A program made the translations under genes and the position numbers. A DNA stretch of 64,000 nt from the human T2T-CHM13v2.0 reference genome, Homo sapiens, in assembly GCF_009914755.1 (NCBI RefSeq), contig NC_060930.1; one strand, written 5' to 3'. This document shows positions 56,461 through 64,000 of this stretch, piece after piece. Position 1 is the stretch's first letter. Every line of letters starts with the position of its first letter. Below the pieces are notes generated by a model that saw only the letters and a list, made by a program, of their open reading frames with translations, made no database searches and was not told where the DNA came from.

Positions 56461-57787
56461 AAATGTCTACGGGGTCTACCTACTGTATCACAAAGCAGGG
56501 TGAATTTGGAGCTCAGAAACAGTAGATGTATAATTGGCACAGCTGGTCCCTGAAATGACTTATTCCAAGATCCTAAATGACATTTTAGAAATTCACTTGG
56601 CATTTTTATTAAATTGCAAGAAGATATGAGCTCTGTAAATCAAGAGCAGAAACCTTTAAAAGGATAATGTAAGACAAAAAGACAAATGGATAAGCAGAAA
56701 TTAAAGATGAGAGAAATAAAATTATTCAAAAGAAGTTAAGATTGCAATAGGGTAATGAAAATAAGCATTGGTGGTATGTGTATACAATAAAACTTTTCCT
56801 GTAAAACAGGAGCTGTGAAAGTAGGATACCAATTTGAGAGGTAAATACAGCAAGAAATGTAAAACAAAGGAAAATGATTGCAGAAGACATTAGGATATTA
56901 TAGATTTGGCAGAGAGAACAGAGTGATGTACTTTAAGAATTATAGATGATCCTGAAAAAGAAAATTGATTAATTAGAACAGATGTAAAAATCAAAAACAA
57001 ATCTGAAGAAGAAACAGTACTGAATCAAAACACAATTATGTTCCCAAACTGAAAGAACTATGTTCCAGTAAGTTGATGGAAAAAAAACAAACAAACCCAA
57101 GCTTCAGAAAATTCTAGCAAAAATATGAATTATGTAAATAAAGAGAAAATCGTGTATACATCTTGGGCGAAGAAAAACGTTACTAACAGAGACCTCAAAT
57201 CAGAATTGTATGCAAGAATAAATGCCAAAAAACAATATACTAGATGTTACTTCTCTTCAAGCTCTCCTTGGATTCCCCAAGTCTAGTCTGATGCCCTTTG
57301 TATGTTCACATAGCATTTTGGACTTCTCCTATTATATAATGCTTATTCTATCATGTTATGCTAACATATTTACTTGTCTCCCTCTACTAGACCGTAAGGT
57401 ATGTCTCCAAATAAATGTTTAAATGCTACAATTATGAGATAATAAGGTAAAATAACTTTGTCTAAAATTTAATCTTTGAGACAAAGCAGTTGGAAAAAAC
57501 CCATACCCAGCCCCTCTCTACCTCAGAAAGAGAGAAGACACATTTTCTTTCTAATTCACATAGCATTATGGTTTCTGGACGATCATATATTTCCATAAAT
57601 GCAGGAAGCAATTTTAATGTTTATGTTCACTGATGTTTCCCAAGTGACTAAACTAGAATAGTACAAAGCCTATAACAGATACATGATTAATATGTGTTTA
57701 ATGGAAGCATAGAAACATTAGAATTAAAATTTTAAGATATTTCCCATAAAGTTGTGTTAATGGTTGCTGTTTTTATCTCCTCTATAG

Positions 57788-58024
57788 GCTTGTAACTGCA
57801 GCACAGTGGGATCCTTGGATTTCCAATGCAATGTAAATACAGGCCAATGCAACTGTCATCCAAAATTCTCTGGTGCAAAATGTACAGAGTGCAGTCGAGG
57901 TCACTGGAACTACCCTCGCTGCAATCTCTGTGACTGCTTCCTCCCTGGGACAGATGCCACAACCTGTGATTCAGAGACTAAAAAATGCTCCTGTAGTGAT
58001 CAAACTGGGCAGTGCACTTGTAAG
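57788..58024 (+). CDS. LAMA2: LAMA2 exon 23 (237 nt): ACNCSTVGSLDFQCNVNTGQCNCHPKFSGAKCTECSRGHWNYPRCNLCDCFLPGTDATTCDSETKKCSCSDQTGQCTCK
   Basis: ctcctctatag|GCT ... AAG|gtatgt; ORF track 57806. Confidence 0.96.
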
Positions 58025-59045
58025 GTATGTGCTGCTGACATGCAGCTAGGGAAAACCTCCCTCAATTCTGTTTCCATTGCTCAGTTTTAACTTCATTCAG
58101 TGTTTGTTATACCTGCTTCATTAAGCTAAACAAACAGATGGACAAAATCTCATTGCCAGACATGGAGTTTTCATTGATATGCATTTGTTGGCATACCGAT
58201 AAACACTGCTTTTCTAGAGCTTATTTTCAACCCAAACCCACCTTTTTTTCTAGTTGGTGGAGATGATCTATTTTCAATGGTATAGTGATTTTTTAAAAAA
58301 TATATTAGATTTGCTTCGATAAGGACAATCTGGGAGGGGTGGCAGGGAAGACAGTTCTTTTAAGCATCATCAGAGAAAATCACAGCTAAATAATAAGGCT
58401 TATAAAAACCATTTCTCCAAAAATTAATCTGCAATCGCTGTATACTAGAAAATATATTTACTGCTGTGGAAGTTTAGTAAAATTTCAACACATATAAACG
58501 CTGTCATTACAAACAGTGACTATGTGCAAATTTCAGCCCTCATTAATATGGTTAAATGATGTAGAAAAAGAGCCAATTAAAAAGGTAAAAAGGATTTTTC
58601 CCCTCAGATAGTTCTGAAAAATCAATTCCAGGATAAATGCAGTTTAAACTGTGTCAGAGGTATCTTTTCAAGATAAAATCTGTGCAAAAAGGGACAGAGG
58701 AAACAGGAAGATAAAATCTGGGTAGTGGTTGTTAAAATGGCCTTGAGAATTGAGGAAAATGGCAGTTTCTACCATCAAGGGCTTCGGCCAATACCGAGTA
58801 CAATGCTGCATTCTTATATCTCGCAATTATGATCATATATTTAATACATGTTATGTGTGTATATATATTACAATAATTATATAAATTGATATTTTAACCT
58901 GCTGCCTATTTCTTACAGCTTACAATAGCACCACTGTTTAAGACTCAATGTTTTTATGTTGCTTTTGAAATTTTCATGAGTCTTTCATATTGCTCAGAGC
59001 AGAACTGTAGAAAATGTACCACTTACATTTAAGAAACAATGTACA

Positions 59046-59429
<384 letters not shown>

Positions 59430-59585
59430 CTACATGTGCCATTTGAGATGTGAGTCTAATACTCAGTGTTCTTCTGTTTTGTTTTAAATTTTTTAAAAAG
59501 AGTATGCTCCCGTTATGCATTCTCAGGGTGATTTCTCCCCTAACTTTGCCGTTATAAACTCTGAGGGTCTCTTGTCTTTCCTCAG

Positions 59586-59729
59586 GTGAATGTGGAAGGC
59601 ATCCACTGTGACAGATGCCGGCCTGGCAAATTCGGACTCGATGCCAAGAATCCACTTGGCTGCAGCAGCTGCTATTGCTTCGGCACTACTACCCAGTGCT
59701 CTGAAGCAAAAGGACTGATCCGGACGTGG
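59586..59729 (+). CDS. LAMA2: LAMA2 exon 24 (144 nt): VNVEGIHCDRCRPGKFGLDAKNPLGCSSCYCFGTTTQCSEAKGLIRTW
   Basis: ctttcctcag|GTG ... TGG|gtgagt; LE to L4b junction. Confidence 0.96.
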
Positions 59730-60406
59730 GTGAGTAGGGAACTGCTGAGCCATGTAATGGTATAATGTTAGTTCCTGCTGGTGTCTTTTAGTCAGGCACT
59801 GAGGGGTAGTAGAAAATGGCAAAACATTTAAGTAACCTTTTCCTCTGTGAACATTTAGGAACAGCAAAGGGGTCACGTGCCATTAGAGAGTTGGAGTAAA
59901 TGCCTTTCTTATTTGTTCTTAAAAGTAGTTCACTTATTGATAAGGAAATAGATGCCAAGTGAAAAAGAGGAACCTTGTCCGGGAAGCATTATGTTTTGAG
60001 ATGGGAAGAGTGAGGGCACCAGAGCATGAATGTTGATATGAGCTAACACACCAATGAGAACCAGGACTTGTCACACATTCATTCCAACCAACCTTAGGCA
60101 ATCATGATTTTTGGAGTGAAAACATGTTCATTTTTCATTTTCCTTTAACTCTTTCTACATTTAGATTCAATTTGTGTTAGTGTGAAAGGCTCCAGTGTCC
60201 ACAGATATTGTGGCTTTCACTATGTGAATTAGTCAAAAAGATTTACGTCCTGCCATGCTTGCCCACTGCGTGTGAGTTCTGTTGCTTGTGAGAACATCAT
60301 CAGAATGGGTATAGGAACTGCAGATAGACATGCAGTTCGTAACTTAGTTTTAAAGAAATGTCCAAAGCGTAAATTCAGCCTTCTGCTGTATTTTGACCCC
60401 TTGCAG

Positions 60407-60586
60407 GTGACTCTGAAGGCTGAGCAGACCATTCTACCCCTGGTAGATGAGGCTCTGCAGCACACGACCACCAAGGGCATTGTTTTTCAACATCCAGAGA
60501 TTGTTGCCCACATGGACCTGATGAGAGAAGATCTCCATTTGGAACCTTTTTATTGGAAACTTCCAGAACAATTTGAAGGAAAGAAG
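60407..60586 (+). CDS. LAMA2: LAMA2 exon 25 (180 nt), L4b: VTLKAEQTILPLVDEALQHTTTKGIVFQHPEIVAHMDLMREDLHLEPFYWKLPEQFEGKK
   Basis: ccccttgcag|GTG ... AAG|gtaagc; YWKLPEQF motif typical of laminin IV-A domains. Confidence 0.96.
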
Positions 60587-60692
60587 GTAAGCACAAGAAC
60601 TTTAATGTCAAGTGAGAACAAGATAAAATCTTTTTAGAATCACACCATTTGGAGATTTATCCAATTCCTCATTCTTCTTTTTATTTTGTCAG

Positions 60693-60881
60693 TTGATGGC
60701 CTATGGGGGCAAACTCAAGTATGCAATCTATTTCGAGGCTCGGGAAGAAACAGGTTTCTCTACATATAATCCTCAAGTGATCATTCGAGGTGGGACACCT
60801 ACTCATGCTAGAATTATCGTCAGGCATATGGCTGCTCCTCTGATTGGCCAATTGACAAGGCATGAAATTGAAATGACAGAG
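60693..60881 (+). CDS. LAMA2: LAMA2 exon 26 (189 nt), L4b: LMAYGGKLKYAIYFEAREETGFSTYNPQVIIRGGTPTHARIIVRHMAAPLIGQLTRHEIEMTE
   Basis: ttttgtcag|TTG ... GAG|gtaaag; AYGGKLKY hallmark of laminin B/IV-A domain. Confidence 0.96.
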
Positions 60882-60968
60882 GTAAAGTTAGTCATTGTTT
60901 GGTGCAAAGATACCAATCAATGGTTTTGCATTCAGTTTTGTCATAGTGATTTCTCTTCTTGTTAACAG

Positions 60969-61102
60969 AAAGAATGGAAATATTATGGGGATGATCCTCG
61001 AGTCCATAGAACTGTGACCCGAGAAGACTTCTTGGATATACTATATGATATTCATTACATTCTTATCAAAGCTACTTATGGAAATTTCATGCGACAAAGC
61101 AG
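60969..61102 (+). CDS. LAMA2: LAMA2 exon 27 (134 nt), L4b: KEWKYYGDDPRVHRTVTREDFLDILYDIHYILIKATYGNFMRQS(R)
   Basis: gttaacag|AAA ... GCAG|gtaaac. Confidence 0.95.
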
Positions 61103-64000
61103 GTAAACTCTAATAGAAAATATTCAAGCTCTTATTTTAGAGTCTGTAAGGAAGGTTATTGACCTACAGATATCAGATAAGAAAGATTGGAAAGTGATTG
61201 GTTTTGCAGTATAATGATAGAAGATAAACCATGGAGGCTTCCCTGTGACCTGGAAGAAGCTACTACCATTCATCAGAAAAGAAAAATAGCATGAGAAACA
61301 CGTTAAAGGGAAAAAAAAATATGGAATTCACTGCAGACATAGTGAGTTTAAGATGCCAGTCATAAATTCAAGAGATCATATACTGTAGATCAGGTAAAAT
61401 TAACTGTTGTGGTATAAATGGATTATAAAAGTGCTGAGAAAGTGACCTCTTCACCCATCAGGGGAACCAGGCAGGGCCAAGTTGGTCCAGTCTCCTCCAA
61501 CTGTGAGCATTCTAATCTGTTCACCCCAGTGTGCCATACAATGTTGTCATTTTCCCTGTGCATCATGTTGAGAAATGATTCTGAATCACTTTGAAAAAAA
61601 TCACACAGAACAGCAAGAATGAATGCAATGTTGTCGAACCTACATGATGGGAATACTTCAAGGGAGTATTCCGTGTTTTCTTATGACCAAAATTGGCCAA
61701 TTGAAATGAGGCTTGTTGGGTCTGACACTTAGGACCACACTGGTAACATTCATGATACCGGTCTCAGTGTCCTGGGGCAGAATTAATCTCAAGCTTTTAA
61801 AGAAAGAATGTGACACATGAGCCCAATATTATGAGTGTAAACTATTATTTTCCATGAATATAATTGTAAAAAGAAGGAATAACATATTGTCAAAAGTAAA
61901 AAGATGATTGTTTAATTTGAAAGAGTATGTTTACAGAACATGGGAATGGATTAGTAATGAGGAAAATATTGAAATATAAAATAAAGAGAGAATAACTAAT
62001 AGAGGAACCAGGAGACTTCCACATCATGGACCCTCATGGTCATATTCTTTGAGTAGACGGTTCACCTTATCCAATGGGATAAAATGAGAAATCATACAGA
62101 TTTAGGTAAGTTTCATACCATGGAGGCAGAAAGTTGAACTGAGTTCATATAGGAGACCTCAATTTCTCTTTCATGTCAGTCTCTGTTACATTCTATGAGA
62201 ATATAGAATCGATATATGTTTGTAAATAGTCTTATATAATAAATTATTAGACCTGCCTAGGAAAGCAAAACAGAAAAATTATGAAGTCTCTCAATGGCCA
62301 ACTAATGAATATAAAAATACTATTTTTCAAATGTTTATACTGGAATAAGCACACAAGACAGCAGAAAATCTTTTATTTCATGCAGAAGATCCATAATGCT
62401 TTTCTGATTGATGTAGAGACTTTTAGTAAAAGAGTAAATTAAGGACCAAAATTCACTTTTATATATGTATTCCTTGGGTTTCCTTTTGATATTTCTCACT
62501 ATAACAGGAGATTATTTTTATATGAAATAATAAAAAAAATATACTTAAAAAACGCTGTTATCTATACTGTTAATTATTTTAGAATATCACATGTAAATTA
62601 GGTGGCAGAAGCCATAGCAGATTTGCATGTCTTAGAAAATAGCAGGTAATTTCGTGAGTTTGCAAATAGATTATTTTGCAAATGGTTCTGTACTGCAGTA
62701 AAAGAGTTTGGTAGTAAACAGAACATCTTGTTAGTGGAACTGATAGAAACAATATTGTCATTCATCTTTAATTATACTTTCTTTGCTTCTCTCACACCAA
62801 TTTCACCTTCCTACACTGTGACACTTTGTCTTTTTTTTTTTTCCCGCCCTATGTCTTTTTCTTTTGTCACACTGTTTTACATACCTCACCAAATGAGATC
62901 TTTTGGTTTAAGTGACCGTTTTTTTGAAACTTTAGAATACATTTTTCCTAATCTCAGTAAAAACTGGGGTCATAGTCTCACAATGCTAAGAACAAATAAA
63001 GCTGTCATCAGCATTTGATTTTGTAAGGCAGTGGAATTGTGGCAAAGGTTTTTAAAAGGTTTGAATAGTCCCCCTAAAGTAATTAAAATAACCTTGTATC
63101 TTTATTTATTCAATTATAAATTTAAATCTCAAAAGCAGAGAGTTTAAGAGTTTATATTCTGTTTGAGGTATGAACTTTGTACATTGTATCAGTGCTGGCA
63201 TTATCTTTTTTCTTTGCTTTTGTTTCCTTTTATAAAGTTTAATTTAAGGAAATAGCAACTTTTGCATTTCAGTAGTTATTTAAATGGAAGCTGGAGTTTG
63301 GCCAAATCCCTGATGCAATCAAAGCCATTGCTCTCTAATCCCCTGAAAAAAAAAATGGTGTATTGCAGAAATATTTGTTGTTGCTGCCATTCAAGCTTCA
63401 CTTGATTTGTAAACACTTGCGGGTCTGTTATGTGCATTCATGTGCAAGAGAAAGGAGAATGAAGCCAGTAGCTCCTCGGGCTATAAAATTCCATGGAGAT
63501 GCCAATGCAAAGTTACCTTCTTACTCCCACAGAGAGCCCAGAGAACATAAGGGAGAAGTTTTTCTTGCAGAAGGGGAGTGGTTTGCTTACAGCTCACCAC
63601 CACTGTGTGTACTTACAGGGAGCAGAGAGTGAAACCTGAATTTTAATTGAATGTGTGTTTCATCAAGACCAATCTTCAGAGTGCAGATTACAATGCTAGC
63701 AAAGAACATGCATTCATAATTCAGTTTCAATAAAACCTACCTATGCTTGTTATAAAGTTTATGACTCAAACTCCTTAAACTCCTGGAGGTAACTTTTATT
63801 TGAAGCAAAACTATTCATTGTCACATTTTAAAGTTTATTTCCCAAACATGTTTGTGTTACCAGTTAGTCCATCATAAAATAGTCCCAGTTTATGGACTAC
63901 ATTTATTTTTTAATGAAAAGGGTATTAATATGTTATTTTCAATTATGATTTTCTTTTCAATTATAATGACTATTTCACCATCAGAAAAGGTGAGTTAAGT

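Overview
Human intronic-type DNA: AT-rich, with primate Alu, L1, L2, MIR and MaLR repeats. The window lies inside the laminin alpha-2 gene (LAMA2, 6q22) on the + strand. Thirteen canonical GT-AG exons join into one open frame. Their lengths (112, 114, 128, 87, 212, 107, 181, 137, 237, 144, 180, 189, 134 nt) match my recollection of reference exons 15-27, encoding the end of L4a, the laminin-EGF (LE) rod and most of L4b. The main unexpected element is an extra 264-nt, frame-preserving exon-like unit in intron 20 (37757-38020). Its first 44 codons align without gaps to exon 21 with all 7 Cys in register, followed by a low-complexity Q/R/S/G tail. It is unusually CpG-rich, has two RBFOX UGCAUG motifs just downstream, and has an in-frame stop plus AATAAA signals if read through. 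It may be a regulated cassette exon and/or the terminal exon of a short-arm-only alpha-2 isoform. Other points of note: a small inversion inside an ancient L1, a near-consensus AluYc1-like insertion, inverted Alus around exon 23, a 212-nt pure-A/T minisatellite and several atypical splice sites. Exon numbering and repeat subfamily names are from recognition, not database searches.
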